Assembly: GCA_033442325.1 (NCBI GenBank)
Contig: JAWQFM010000011.1
Location: forward strand, 1,008,671-1,072,670
Reading direction: 5' to 3'
DNA: 64,000 bases
Source: Salpingoeca rosetta
Taxonomy: Eukaryota; Protista; Choanoflagellata
Made by a program: the position numbers and the translations under genes. Shown here in pieces: positions 1 to 13,754 of this stretch (position 1 is the first letter of the stretch; the number at the start of each line of letters is the position of its first letter). The notes beneath the pieces are model-generated. The model saw nothing but the letters and a program-made list of their open reading frames with translations. It was not told the origin of the DNA and made no database searches.

Positions 1-1271
1 AGCGATCGCCTCCCGTCGTGACACCGGCAGTGTCTTGTTCTGGCCCGCACCGCCAATGGGTTCGTTCTTCACCCGCCGCTGTCCGCTTCAACTGCACCTG
101 CTCCATCCAAGACGATCCAAGGCGTCAAAGGGGGGGGGGGGGCATGCTGTGGACGGCGTGGATTGCATGCTCGATGGCGTGCCTGCAGCGCATTGTGCTT
201 GTTTGTGTTGTCTCTTCTTCAAACTGCATGCACGCAAATCCAACACCACCACCACAGCAGTAGTTGCTGTTTATCCAACACCACCACAGCAGTGGTTCCT
301 TGTTGTTCATGAGCCCGTGATGCTGCGGTTGTTGTTGTCGCAGTTGCGTTGGCGGTTACGGTGAAACTCGTGGTGGTGCTGGTTCGTGTTGGTGTGAGCG
401 CACTTGCTGCTGCTCTTGCTGCTGTTGTCTCCTTCTTCCCCTTTCCGTTACGGGGGGTCAGCACAAGTTCCCTGGCGCCCACAAGGTCCCCCAACACCAT
501 GCTGCTGCTGTGGCAACGCCTGCATGCTGTGCCTCGCTTGTCACTGTCTGCACCTGTGCATTGGGGGCACGGTGGTGTTGGGGGGGGGGGTGAGGTCGCG
601 AGAGAGGAGGCGACGTTGACGCCCGCAGCAGACAGATTATAGAAAACCACTCAAAGCACACACATTGCACGCACATGCCTGGGCGGTGGATAGCGCACAA
701 CAAACACAAACACCGACACGTGCTCGGGTGCCTCGTTTGTCACTGCCTGCACCTGTGCATTGAGGGCACGGTGGGGTGAGGTCGCGAGAGAGGAGGCGAC
801 GTTGACGCCCGCAGCAGACAGATTATAGAAAACCACTCAAAGCACACACATTGCACGCACATGCCTGGGCGGTGGATAGCACACAACAAACACAAACACC
901 GACACAAACACACACACAGGCACAAAAAAAACCGCCATGCACCAAGTGCAGACGTGCTGGTGGTGTGGTGTGATGGTGCCGGTGGTGTTGGCACCTGCAT
1001 ATGCACGCACGTGCACACGTGCGTGCATGAGGAAGACAATGACGGCTGCAACCTGTGATGTGAACGCTCACGCGAGCATGGGCTGAAGCAATGACACGCG
1101 CATGTGACACGATGAGGCCTTGCGTAAGCAGCACGCAACAGAGATTACATGTACACGTGTGTGTGTTTGTTTTGTTTGTGGGAGCGGACATGTGTGCAAC
1201 TGAGCGAGTGGTGCACTGCGAACACGTGTGTGCACAAGCAACAGCGCCTGGCTGTGAGGCCCAGGCATGCG

Positions 1272-1350
<79 letters not shown>

Positions 1351-2117
1351 CACGTCTGTCTTCCTCCTTTCGCAGCAGAGGTGCTCTCCTGTTACAAGCC
1401 CTCCTCGCCTCGTTCTGCTTGTTCTTGTTGTTCCACATCCATCACCTCCTTTTCATTCTCACTCACCGTATTGTTGCTGCTGCTGCTGTTGCTGCTGCTG
1501 TCTTGCTGTCATCTCCGCAGGTCTCAGTGGGTGCCCACGGCCCGCCTCTCCAGTCCGTCCTCTACATCCACCGACACCTGGGCTGTACACTGGCCGTCAA
1601 AGCACCAAACCTCGTCGTGCCACCACCCTCCAACAGGACTTGCTGCCCAGGTGGTTCCCATGGCCCCCTTCACCCAATATCTGTCAGTACACACGTGTGC
1701 ACATGCGAGTGCCTCTGCCCACGGGCTGTTGCTGTGCGTCGACTTCTCTGTCCCCTTTTCTGTTTCTCTCCGTTCCCCTCTGTCACACACACACACAGAC
1801 ACACACACACAGACACACACACACACACGGCCTGTCTTTGTCGCTGTGTCTCTGTACACGAACGAACGGCAGCTGTGGCTGTGATGATGCGAGTACCTGT
1901 GCTCACAGCCCGCATGCGTGGGTGTGCCTCTGTTGCCGTTGCGTGTGTGCAGTTGCTGCGACACGGGTCTCTTGATGCGTGGCTGACCTGCTCACACACG
2001 TGTCTACGCTCTTCACAAAACGCACGCGCCAGCAGGTAAGGAGGAAGCAAGGACGATGTGAGATGCGGCTCAAGCACAGGCAAGCAGGTGGCGTGGCACG
2101 ACCATGGAAGGTACTGC

Positions 2118-2208
<91 letters not shown>

Positions 2209-4429
2209 TTTGTGCATGCACGTTTGGCCTTTGAAGACACAACAGCAACAGCACACTGCAACACACATGCGACCGTACCAGCTGACAACGGCTGCACTCG
2301 GTGCGATCACGGAGAAGCGTAGCCACCATCCACATCATCCTCGCCCCGACCATTGCAACTGCAACCTGCTGCATCGCCACTTGGTGCAGTCACGGAGATC
2401 AAAAGACAGCGGAGTTCGCCGGCGCATCCGCCCCTTTCAACATCAATCGTCTCATTGAGGACTTCTACCAGCGGCGGCAGCAGTACCAACAGCAGCAATA
2501 GCAGCAGCAGCAGCGGCAGCAGCAGCAGCTTCTGCGCCATTCACGTGCAAGCACTTCGCTGCAGGATGCACAAGAGAAGGGAGAGCAGGGATGTGTGTGA
2601 GAGACCGGGAGGAGGCGTTTGAGGGGAACGTGTGTTGTATGCCAACTGTGTCATGGTGGTGGTGTGGTGAAGACAGACGTCGTGCGTATGCAGCGATAGT
2701 GGCATGGTGGATGATCCATCACCGAGCAAACATGTGCACATGGCTCGGTTGCACGGGTGCATCCAGTCCACCATGTCACATCGCCGCCTCCATCCCGCCC
2801 ACATGCACACATGCACCTACACACGCACACACACACATGCACACACACACACACACACATGCACGGACGATGGCTTCCTCATGCATGTCGACATGCATTA
2901 ATGTAAACCAAGCAGTCGTTGATGCGTTCGTGCGTATGCGATACCTTCAAATCGGGAAAGAGAACACAGACGACAGAGGCCACACCGAGCATCCGAAAAG
3001 GAAGTGCGTTGGTTGGTTTGCGTCGATGTGCGTGTTGAGGTGTTGGGGTGCAGAGCTGCAGCATGACCTCGTTTTAGCGTTTTGACAGAACACGCCCTCT
3101 GCTCACTTCATATCCAACTTGCGAGTCCTTTCTCGAGTCCTTCCATGCTGACGTCACAGCCACTTAGAGCAAGCCCAGTCCGTAGTAGTTAGGTGTCCTG
3201 TCACAAGAAACCAAAAGAAGCCGGTGCTGTCTGATGATGTCTTTGCCTTGGCTCGTGTAGTTCCTTTTGTGCGCGCGATCTTCGTGTGCCACCACCATCA
3301 CCATCACCATCACCATCAGCGACGACGATGTTGTGGGTGCACCGACGAGCGTGCTGGCTGGCTGCAACGGAAAGTCACTTTCGGTTCTGTGGAAACAAGA
3401 AACTGCATTCAGTCTCTCATTTAACACATTGTCACGCCGCACAACATTCAAACACACTAAACCCAGCAGATGGTTTGAGGGTTTGCTGCCTGCACTCTAG
3501 CACTCTACTCTGCTGTGCTGTGCTCTGCACTGCACTGCACTCTCCCACCCACACACACACACTCACACACACACACTCTCTCTCCTCTCTGAACAGCTCT
3601 TGCACGCTCTGTCGACTTCCTACCTGCCACCTGTTTGCTGCTGCAAGAAGGGCAAGTATGTACGTCGGGAAGAAGTGCATTGCCAGAAGAACCACAGTCA
3701 TCTTGCCTGCTTGCTGGCTTGCTTTATAAAGAAGGCAGGTCCTGAGCTCACTTGCTCAGCCCTCCTCCCATTTCATCATCATCTGTTGTCTCTTGCCTTT
3801 TGCTGCGTGTGATCTCTGTTTTCTGGTTGTCGAGTTGGTCCTTGTCCCTAAACAGCCAACGCTTGGCTCACAATATCAGTGCCACCCTTCTTTTGTTCTC
3901 TTTCTGCTCAACTGCTCGTTGCTTCGGTGCTTCCTTGCCAGCTGTTGTTCTCCCAAGAATCTCCGGTCTATGTTTCTTATGTTTCATGTGCGCTGGGGCA
4001 CCGCACTGGAGGGATAGCTGAACTACATATCTATGTACCTGTACTGTGTTGCTCTTTGTAGCGCTCATGTACTCTCCAAGACAGCAGAGCATAGCGGAGC
4101 ACTGTACTCGTTTGATAAAAGATGCAAGAAGAAGAGAACACCAGAAGCAAGCTACACACATCAATGTGGATGTAGAAATTGCATGCAAGCTCAGAGAGAG
4201 AGAGAGAGCGCTCTTTCTGCTTTTTTCGTGCGGCTTTGGGCTGGGGTAATAACGGGGGTTTAGGAGTAGCTCTGCTTGGTTGTGGTCCCCTTGTCCCTTG
4301 CTCTGTCTGTTGCGAAAAGCTACATCTTTGTGGTCGGCTCTCGCGTACAATGGGACGATGACAGGTCCTTGTAGGCAACTTTCACGTCGCCCTCAATTGC
4401 TTGATTGAGCGTCAGCGTGCGTGTCGCGC
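1..4429. repeat. Inverted segmental duplication, copy A (probably continues left of the window)
   Basis: Reverse complement of 55649-59825: agcgatcgcctcccgtcgtgacaccggcag at 1 pairs with 59796-59825, and similarity ends at gtcagcgtgcgtgtcgcgc 4429 / 55649. Many ORF-track peptides recur on opposite strands (2301+ vs 57500-, 2541- vs 57188+). Copies differ by substitutions and indels. Confidence 0.95.
529..905. repeat. Tandem duplication of a ~190 bp unit (529-719 and 720-905)
   Basis: gaggtcgcgagagaggaggcgacgttgacgcccgcagcagacagattatagaaaaccactcaaagc...acaccgacac occurs twice here and once in copy B. Confidence 0.9.
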
Positions 4430-4921
4430 CGGGGTGCAGTGTGATGTAGTTGTCATTGAACGCGTAGCCATCCACCGAAACGCCGCTTTCCTGAAAAGGA
4501 GCAAGTAAAGTGAATGGAATGGTGAGCCCGGGGCATCGTGTGCTTTGTGCGAGATCCATGTGAGGGCAGTACCTTGTAATGCACACAAACACACATGCAC
4601 ACACGAGCACCGACCTCGTCAATGACGTCAAACTCCACGAAGAATGCGATCGTGTGTCGTGGATTCGTGACCTGCCCAGTGCCACACAGATATCAAGGTG
4701 AGTGTGTACTCCATCGCAATGCAACCATGTCAATCATTGGGGAAGTGGCCGTGCTAATCAGTGTGTTCTCACCTGCACATGAACGGCGTCGACCAGGTGG
4801 ATGTCAAGCTGAGCAGGCTCAATATTGCTGTCGGAAGAGACAGGGCAATCGGGGTGAGAGGCGGCAACAAACCAAGCGCCCATGGGCACACATACCAAGT
4901 ATGGACATCAAACGGAACACG

Positions 4922-4985
<64 letters not shown>

Positions 4986-7692
4986 TGCATGCATGCACGC
5001 GCACACACCACAAGTCAGAGAAGTTGGCGAACTGTGAACAGTAGGTGATGTAGAATGTGGAGTTGCTCCAGTCCAGTACGTCTGGCCGACATGGGTGCCA
5101 GTACGTCTGATCATCCTCGGTCTGCGTGCGTGTGCGATGTCATCGGCCGGCGTGAGTTGAAGTGTGAGAGTGAGGGTGGGGGAATACAGACAACGGCGTG
5201 CCCACACAAGTACAGGAACCACAACAATCGCAGGCAGGCGCTTGTTCGGACCACATTGTCTTGATTCTTCACGAGGAGATGAATGAGGAGGGTGCGGCGT
5301 GGCTGGGCGGCACAAAAGTGACTGAGATGCGTCTGAATGTTCGTGACATCAAGAAGGGCGTCGTCTGCCCCAATTGATCCAATGCGAACACTGTCATTCC
5401 ACAGCAGTTCACTCCCGGTGCTGCACGTCACAGATAAAGCAGTTGCGAGTGGTGTGAAATGAACTGCATCAAAGAAAAAACACGCACACACACATACACA
5501 CACACACACGCACACACACACACGCGCGCACACACAACACACACACACACACATAACACAGGCCGTCGAGTTGCAGTCAGTCGCAAGCCGCGAAAGCAGG
5601 GAAATCTGGCGAGACGAGCCACTCGTCGTCACCATGCACGCGCACCTCCATATCTGGACATGAAGGTCGAGTAGCGATGAACCCTGTACCACGTCGTTGC
5701 GCACAACAGATATGGCGCCTGATGACGGGTTGAATACCGCGTGTGTTGACGGCAGGAGCGCAGCACGTGTGCCGAAGAAACCGCCGCCACCGTCGCCGTA
5801 AAAGTCTGGTGTGTGCGCACGTGTTTGGTTGTGGATGTTTGTTAATGTGTGTTTGTGTTTGTGGTAATGAGTATGAATGTGAGCGTGTGGATGTACTGAC
5901 GAGAACTTCGTGCATGCGTGAAACGGTGTGGTGTGTTTGTCAGAGGCGTGCCAACAGTTGCTGCTGAAGGTAGCAGCCCTGTGTAGCTTTGAAGATGTTG
6001 TTGGTCTGACGCACCGATCAGATGCCAGATTAGCGACGGGAATGGATTGTTGAGCATCCAGTGAACAACGCCTGAGCCAAGGATGGCAGCAGGTGAGGTT
6101 GCGTGCAGGTGTGCTTGCGTGAGTACATGCAAACAACCAAAGCACACGCGCGCAATACCATGGCAAGGATGGAGGCACGCTATTCACCATGAACAAGACA
6201 TAAAACCACAAACACACATACACACATATACACAAACACACAAGCGAGCGAGCAAGTACACGTTGTAGTCTGCGCAACGACGCACCTGTGCTGTTACGAT
6301 ACTTAAACGTAGAGTAGGCATCGAACATTGCACGTTCAGCTTCGTATGTCATCAACTGGCTCTTGAACAGAAACTCCTGCAAGCGCAACACAGTATCTGT
6401 GAGCGGAAGTACATGTGCAGAGTGCGAAGCATGCTCCTCATCCAGCCTTCCAAAAAGCACACGCATGTACACATATGAACATACACAGACACATGTACAG
6501 ACACACACAAACACACATACATACGTACATACATACATACATACGTCGATTCCGCAGCGCAAGCAGAGCAAAACGAAGAAGCACCAACTTCACAGATCAG
6601 GACCACACAACACACCTCAATGCTGTTTGCTGCCCCAACACGGGCGGTCAACGGTGGAACGAAGAACCGCAGGTCATGGAACAAGCCCTGAAATCATAAT
6701 TGCACGCACGAACGTACGTGTGTGCGTGTGTGTGGATTGGGTCGTGCGGTTGTACGCGAGTACGTGTGTATGTGTTCATGTGTGTGCGTGTGTGTTCATG
6801 TGTGCGAGCGTCATGGATGCCACGGACAGTGCAGTTTGAGGGAGCGGGTCTGAATCTGGTGATGTGGCAGGTTTGCTTGCAGGCACGTACCAACTGCGAA
6901 CCGCAGTGGAAGTCCCAAACGTCGTTGATCGGCCACAGCTCGTTTGCTTCAAACATCTTCTTCGCGCTGTGCATGTGTGCGTGCATACACGTGCATGCAT
7001 GTGAGCGTGAGCCTGCTCGTGCTGGAGGCATGTCAACAGGGTTTCAAAACAATGCGTGCAAGCCTTGACTCCAAGCCTTGGCTGCAACCCCTGAGTGCAG
7101 GTTGTGGTGTGGCACCTGCGAAGCCGAACTGGCGCCGCTCCGGGGCTGATTTCTGTCGAGAATCCAAACGCAGCGCCCGAGGACACGTGGGCCTTAAACG
7201 TGCGCATGTGGAAACGAATGAGCGATGATAGGCGATGATGAGCGTGGGGATGTGCATTCAGTTGTGAACTGGCTTGTTCGAAAAAAAAAAAAACCTCTGA
7301 ACAGGGTCACATGCCCACACGGAAAGCGGACAAACACGCACATGAAATTTCATGCGAGCTGCCGTCGATGTTCACAGCATGCAGTGAAACGCAAACACAT
7401 GACATGACATTGCGACACGACACACACGCTCAACTCACCAATCCTTGATACCAGTAGAGCGGCGGCACCCATGCATATGGACCGTTCATCTTCACACCTG
7501 TTCGACCTCCAGCCGGCGTCGACACGTTGCTTGCAGCTGCAGTTGTCGCAAAACAGCGGGATGAAGGGGGCGGGGCGGGAGGTTACAGGTTCACACAATG
7601 AAGAGATGCTGGGTGGGGCTTGGGTTCAGTGATTGTGGTGACACTCTGTTACTGAGTGCACGGTTGGGTCATAACACGCACTGCACGTGACG

Positions 7693-7727
<35 letters not shown>

Positions 7728-9083
7728 GCAAGCAAGCGAACAAACGAGTGCACACACAGCGTGTGACGCACATGAGATAAAGGGCAGGTGCCAGTACTCG
7801 TCCTCCCGGACACGCAAATATTCGTTCTCCACATGTGACGGTGGGGCTTCATCACTCCCATACAGAAACCCGAGCACAGACGCATGCGCGCGCAAGCGCC
7901 GGAACTGCGTGCGTGTGCGTGTGTGCGTGTGCGTGCGTGTGTGTGTGTGTGTGTGTGTTGGGGGATGCAAACGTGGCGATGGGTGGAACATAGACGATTG
8001 AGGAAGGCCAGACAACACCGGCAGCTCACAACAAAACAACGCACACACATGCACACACACCTGTGATCGCATGGATTCCATCGCTATCAAGTGCTGTTCG
8101 TCCTTCCAATCGCTCCAGTGCTGCCACGCATCACAGCAGCACCAGCCTGCATGTGTTCGCATGTTCGTATGTGTTCGCACGTGTGTGTGTGTGTGTTCGC
8201 ATGTTTGTATGTGTGTGTGTAAGATTGGAACAAGCATGGGGTCTCGCACAGGCAACACAGCGCATCTAGCTGGTGCGTGCGTGCATGCATGCCTGAGCGC
8301 GTTTTCGAACGACAGTGCATCCAACCTGGGAGAACCATGATGCCCATCTCGTCTGTCATCTCGAAGAACTCTGCAGTCATCATCTTTCCTTCGAGGCGGA
8401 TCGTGTTCAGCCCCATCTGCTTCACCTTCTCCAGCATCGCTCGCTGCGACGCACACACACACACACATACACACATACACACACACACACACGCACGCAC
8501 GCACAACAGCAGACACGCAGAGGCGGTTGGTTTGGGTCATCATCAAGAGCGTGAACGATGTGGTAAGGCAGGCGAATGCATGGGCACACATCGCTACGAA
8601 TGCACCGGTGCGTGCGACTTTGGGTGGGCAGTCAGACATGAGTACAGTTGAGCGAGCAGAGCTGTAAGGGACCCAGCGCACACACGAAACTCTGGCAGCA
8701 AGCAGCGTGCATAGCCCACCTGGTATGATGTGTTGTAGCGAAGGAAGAGGTGAGGTGAGTAGCCACCACCGTACACCATGAACTTGCGATCGTTCACGTA
8801 GAAGAGACGGTACCCGTTGGCATCGCGAACAGACGTCTGGTGCATACACGTGTCGTGAAAACAAGAGGAGCGTGTTATGGTGTTGTGCGAGCATGCGGAA
8901 TGTGTGTTTGTGTTGATGCGCGTACGTGTGAGCAATCGTGAGAATACATGCACGTGTTTGCGTGTGAGGTCATTGTCTCGCGTATCGGCAGTGTGCAGGC
9001 CCACGTCACGCGTGCGTGTGTTTCTTGTGTGAAGTTTTGGGTGTATCCAATTCCAATCGGGCGGACCGCAACGCACGCACGCA

Positions 9084-9166
<83 letters not shown>

Positions 9167-9440
9167 GCGCGCAACTCATATACCCGTTGAGCACATACCA
9201 CTTTACGCAGGCCGATGTGACGCGTGGCAGAGGCAAGAGTGGCCTGGTTCTGTGAGGACGCATGTAAATTTGGGGTGTGATGACGGCGGCGTTGAACGAG
9301 AGGATGGGTGTGGAGTCTGATGGTGCGCCGACGAACCCGCGGGCAAAGGTGGACGAAACACAAAGACACATTCACAGAGACCTGGGAAACGCTTGCACAA
9401 AACCCTGAGCGTATAATTCTCCTCTCCCCCCACACACTCG

Positions 9441-9485
<45 letters not shown>

Positions 9486-10150
9486 CGTGCGTGCCTGTGT
9501 GATGTGGATGGAAACTGGGGTGCGTGGCTGTGGACCGAATCGCCAGGGCCACCACAGGGAGATATTACACACGCGCGATAGCTCTGGATGCCTGGTGCTG
9601 TTGAATGAAACGGTTGTTGACGTGTTGGCAGCCGTGTCCACCACCCGCCACACACGTACACCCTGCACGCTTGCAGTGACGTTCATGCGCATAGGCGTGG
9701 ACAGCATGTTGTGAACTGTCGCTGTGATGGATACGTTTGCGCAGACAGGCCCTTCCAGAGTTGTTGTGTCACCATCAGCATGCGTGCCGTGGGCTGTGTG
9801 GTCGTGGTTGCTGTTGATGCTGACGACAGCAGCACCAAGGGAGTCGACCATCACGCCACTGGGAAGCGTGTGGAAGCAGCACGGGCTGAAACACACCCAT
9901 GTTCCTGTGGTGCATGGCAGCCATGGCGGGTGTGAATGCAGCAGTTGGTGCAGCGAGTNNNNNNNNNNNNNNNNNNNNNNNNNNNNNNNNNNNNNNNNNN
10001 NNNNNNNNNNNNNNNNNNNNNNNNNNNNNNNNNNNNNNNNNNNNNNNNNNNNNNNNNNACACACACACACCCACCCACACACACCCACACCCACGCACCC
10101 ACCCACACACACCCACACACACCCACACCCACACACCCACACACACCCAC

Positions 10151-10200
<50 letters not shown>

Positions 10201-10201
10201 A

Positions 10202-10250
<49 letters not shown>

Positions 10251-11278
10251 CTGTCTGGAGGACGAGGCGCCCAGTCGACAAAGCTGATGGCAAGATCAGT
10301 GTCTTTGTTGGAGGGCGGCAGGCTTCGGTCCTGTGGACGATACACGCGCAGCGTCAATGCCGCATGGGCGCTTTGTTCGCCATGTTGTTGGTCCCAAGGG
10401 AGTGCATCCGTGACATCGACGAGAAACCGTCGGAACGTCCCCACTGTTGTATACATGCACAGTTTGGGCGAGAGGTGTGAAACAAGGTGCATGGGGAAGA
10501 GCAAAGAGCAACACTCTTCACCAGGGCAGGCAGGGTATACCACACGAATCGATACACGTACGCCTTCCCTGGTAGTAACTCACCCACTTGCTCGTGGCTT
10601 CGAACCAAGTTGTCGTTGATGAGAACCTGCATGCAAGAACACGAGCGAGGGCGTTCGTGTGATTCATTCGCGTTGAGGGTGGAGCGCTTGCTGTGTGCCA
10701 GGAAGGCACAGCAGATCTATGTACGCATGTTGGGAAGACACACGTCTGCCTTGTAGTTGATGCCATGAAGATCCAAGATGATACGCGCGTCCGCGTTGGT
10801 CCGCGTCACAGATACATTTGACGTGTAGCACCACGGCACATCGAACTGTGTCGTGTTCACCTGCATGCAACGTTATCGCATGGTCGTCTCAGCAAGCATT
10901 GATGGCCAAATCAGTGCATGTGATGGGAGGAAATAAGACGCACACTACACCTAGCCCAGAGGTGTGCAGCACTGGCTACAGCACGCATCCAGGGTCACTT
11001 GGAACGCAGCGAAGGGCACCTTCACAGATCACACGCCAGTGGCAAGCAAATCAATCATATGTATATCGAAAACCACAACAACAGGTGCAACATACGCGCT
11101 TGAGTCTGTCTGAGACGAAGATGTCATCGGAATAAAGGCTTCCAAACACAGTGGATGGCGTCGTGACGAGCGCGCCGTTGTCCACAGCAGCATTTTGCAG
11201 TGATCCCGGGCAGGGCGACAGCAGCCAAGTCACCACCGCCACCGCCGTTGTCGCAGCTGCCAGTGGTATCCCCATCAT
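4320..11278 (-). CDS. Glycoside hydrolase family 2, exo-beta-D-glucosaminidase (CsxA-like), multi-exon, probable signal peptide
   Basis: Spliced exons give LHGINYKAD, DLAISFVDWAPRPPD/NMGVFQPVLL, LWWPWRFGPQP, FYVNDRKFMVYGGGYSPHLFLRYN, MGLNTIRLEGK, GIMVLPGW, FLYGSDEAPP, GVKMNGPYAW, FGFSTEISPG, YEAERAMFDAY, VVHWMLNNPFPSLIWHL and FNDNYITLHPG, collinear with CsxA-type GH2 enzymes. ATG 11278, TAG 4320. Confidence 0.9.
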
Positions 11279-11473
11279 CACAGCAACTTGCGCGCGACCC
11301 AAATTCCTCGTCACCGTCGGATGACCGTTTGCTTCAGCACAAAGTGTAGTTGAAGCCACGTTGGCGGCGGTGCGCGCAAACACCAACCAACAACAACCAC
11401 CACCACCTGCACTGCAAACCCCCCTTGACCGACCTTCTTGCCTTGCTTGCTTGCTTGCTTGTTGTTGTGGTCC
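11279..11473. promoter_or_regulatory. Putative bidirectional promoter (GH2 / SLC10A7), ~195 bp between start codons
   Basis: Head-to-head ATGs at 11278(-) and 11474(+); no specific motif identified. Confidence 0.45.
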
Positions 11474-13579
11474 ATGTCTGCGACGTTGGCGGGCGACCTT
11501 CTGCTGACACGACAGGCGGGGCCGACGCTACCCTTGTCGTCGCCATCGCCATCGACATCCAGCACTGCTTCTCCAGCAACGCGCCGTCGTCAGCAAGTCC
11601 TCCAATACCAGCAGCACCAGCGCCATCACCACGCCAGCATGAAGGGGAGCTCCAGTGCATCTAGCAGCGGCGATGCAAGCAGTCGGACGTCGCCAAGGCT
11701 GCCACCTCCCACCTCTGTCCACCCAGGACCCCCATCCTCCTCACCCAATTCGCTCGTGAACAGCCTGCGAAAGCACTGGTTCCTGGTTGGCCTCGTCGCG
11801 TCCATTCTTTTCGCTCGCGCAGCGCCCGACCTTGGTGCCAAAGGAGGTGCGTGTGTGCGTGCATGTGTGAATGGTGAACAAGTGCGCGCGTGTGTATGAC
11901 GAAACAAATACTCGTTCATACCTCTTGCGTGTTTGTCTGCTTGTCTGTATGTGTTCACCTTTGCACGCACATCCCCAACATTCTCATGTATGCGGCCTCG
12001 TGCTTGCCATTCCTTCATTTTGCGTTGTACATGGTCGGCAGGACCTTTGATGCCGGAGTACACCGTCAAGTATGGCGCCGTGTTCCTCATCTTCTTCAAC
12101 TCTGGCCTCACCCTCAAGACAGAGGTGTGTGGCTGCCTGTGTCATGCGCATGGGTGCAGGGCAAATCTTTGCCAATGCTCAGGGTGCGCATGTCTTCGCA
12201 ACAACTGACCTCATTGTTGTCTGGACTTCACATCACCGCTCTGTAGGAGTTGAAGAAGGCAGCCATGCAGTGGTCAGTCCACACCATGATTCAGGGTTTT
12301 ACTCTTGGAGTAGTTCCTCTCTTCATGTCCTTTGTTGTTGCCGCCCTTCGAGGCCTTGTTGACTGGAATCCAGCAATCCTCACAGGGTACGCACCAAATG
12401 TGTGTGTGTGCATGTGTGTATGTGTGTATGTGCATGTGCACGTGTATGTGTGTGCGTGTGCGTGTATGTGTGTATGTGTATGTGTGTGTGCGTGTATGCG
12501 TGTATGTGTATGTGTGTGTGCGTGTATGCGTGTATGTGTGTATGTGTATGTGTTTGTGTGTATGCATGTGTGTGTGTGCGTGTGAGTGTGAGTGCATGTG
12601 TGTGTGTGTCGTTTTATGTGCGTACACGTCTTGTGGCCAGGTGACCAATCCTGTGCACATCATGCACCGAGTGCACTTGCTTGCTTCTCACATACGCGGC
12701 TTTTGCAACCCCTCCTCGCCCTGCTGCTGTATGTTTGCAGATTGTCTGTACTGTCGTGCCTGCCCCCACCTGTGTCCTCCGCCGTCATCCTGACGTCTGC
12801 TGCTGGCGGGAACGAGGCGGCCGCCATCTTCAACTCTGCATTTGGCAGTTTCCTCGGCATTGTCGCCACCCCGCTCCTCCTCTTCACCGTCGTGCGTACC
12901 CCTCGCCTCATGCACTGTGTTTGTGTTTGTGTGTGTTTGTGTGTGTTTGTGTTTGTGTGTGTGCGCGTGTGTGTGCGTGTGTGTGCGTGTGTGTTTGTGT
13001 GTGTGTGTGTGTTTGTGTGTGTGCGCGTGTGTGTGCGTGTGTGTGCATGTGTGTGCGTGCGTGTGTGTGCGTGTGCGTGTTTGTGTTTATGTTTGTGTAT
13101 GTGTCTGTGCATGTCTGTGATACTGCGCGAATGTAGACTTGGTTGCGTGTGTATCGCTCCTTCACACCTCCACCTGCTTATTCCCGCCCACCACGACCAC
13201 CAATTCCCTTAATGCGTGCAGGTTGGCCAGTCTGCGGGTGTTCCCGTGGAGAAAATCTTCATGTCGCTGACAGCAACAGTTGTCGTTCCACTCATCCTTG
13301 GCCAGGTCTGCTGTGACTTGAAGCCTACACGCGATGAAGCATGTGTTTCTGCGCGTGTGCGTGTGCGCGTGCGTGTGCATGTGCGTGCCAACTATTGTGT
13401 TGTCGGTGTGTATTGCTGATGCTTGCGGTGTTGCCTGCATTATCGGCGTGGTGTAATCTGCAGGTCGTTCGGTTCAAGGCGTGGACAGCCATAAAGCCTC
13501 TCAACATCCCGTTCTCTACCATCAGCAGCTCTGTCCTCCTCCTCATCATCTACTCCACATTCTGCCAAACATTCAAAGG
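11474..13579 (+). CDS. SLC10A7: Sodium/bile acid cotransporter family member 7 (SBF-like), 3' end lost in gap
   Basis: Exons: [27 protein letters not shown] / [27 protein letters not shown] / [21 protein letters not shown] / [42 protein letters not shown] / [17 protein letters not shown] / [33 protein letters not shown]...[18 protein letters not shown] is the SLC10A7 signature. Confidence 0.92.
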
Positions 13580-13722
13580 TATCTGTCGCTGCACGCTCTG
13601 ATGGTGGAGTGCCGCCTCCATTGTAGACTGTCTTCGCAGTGCATGTGCGTGTACACATACGAAGTACGTTTTGGATTGTCATCGCAGTGTATGTGCATGT
13701 ACGCGTTTCAGCATTGGCATTT

Positions 13723-13754
<32 letters not shown>

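Noticed and set aside
1500-4300. Protein-coding gene inside the duplicated segment (e.g. ...PFNINRLIEDFYQRR, ...GLGLLYVAVTSAWK)
   Set aside because: No recognisable domain; frames are broken differently in the two copies (stop at 3164 in copy A vs Tyr in copy B). Could be decayed exons but cannot be supported.
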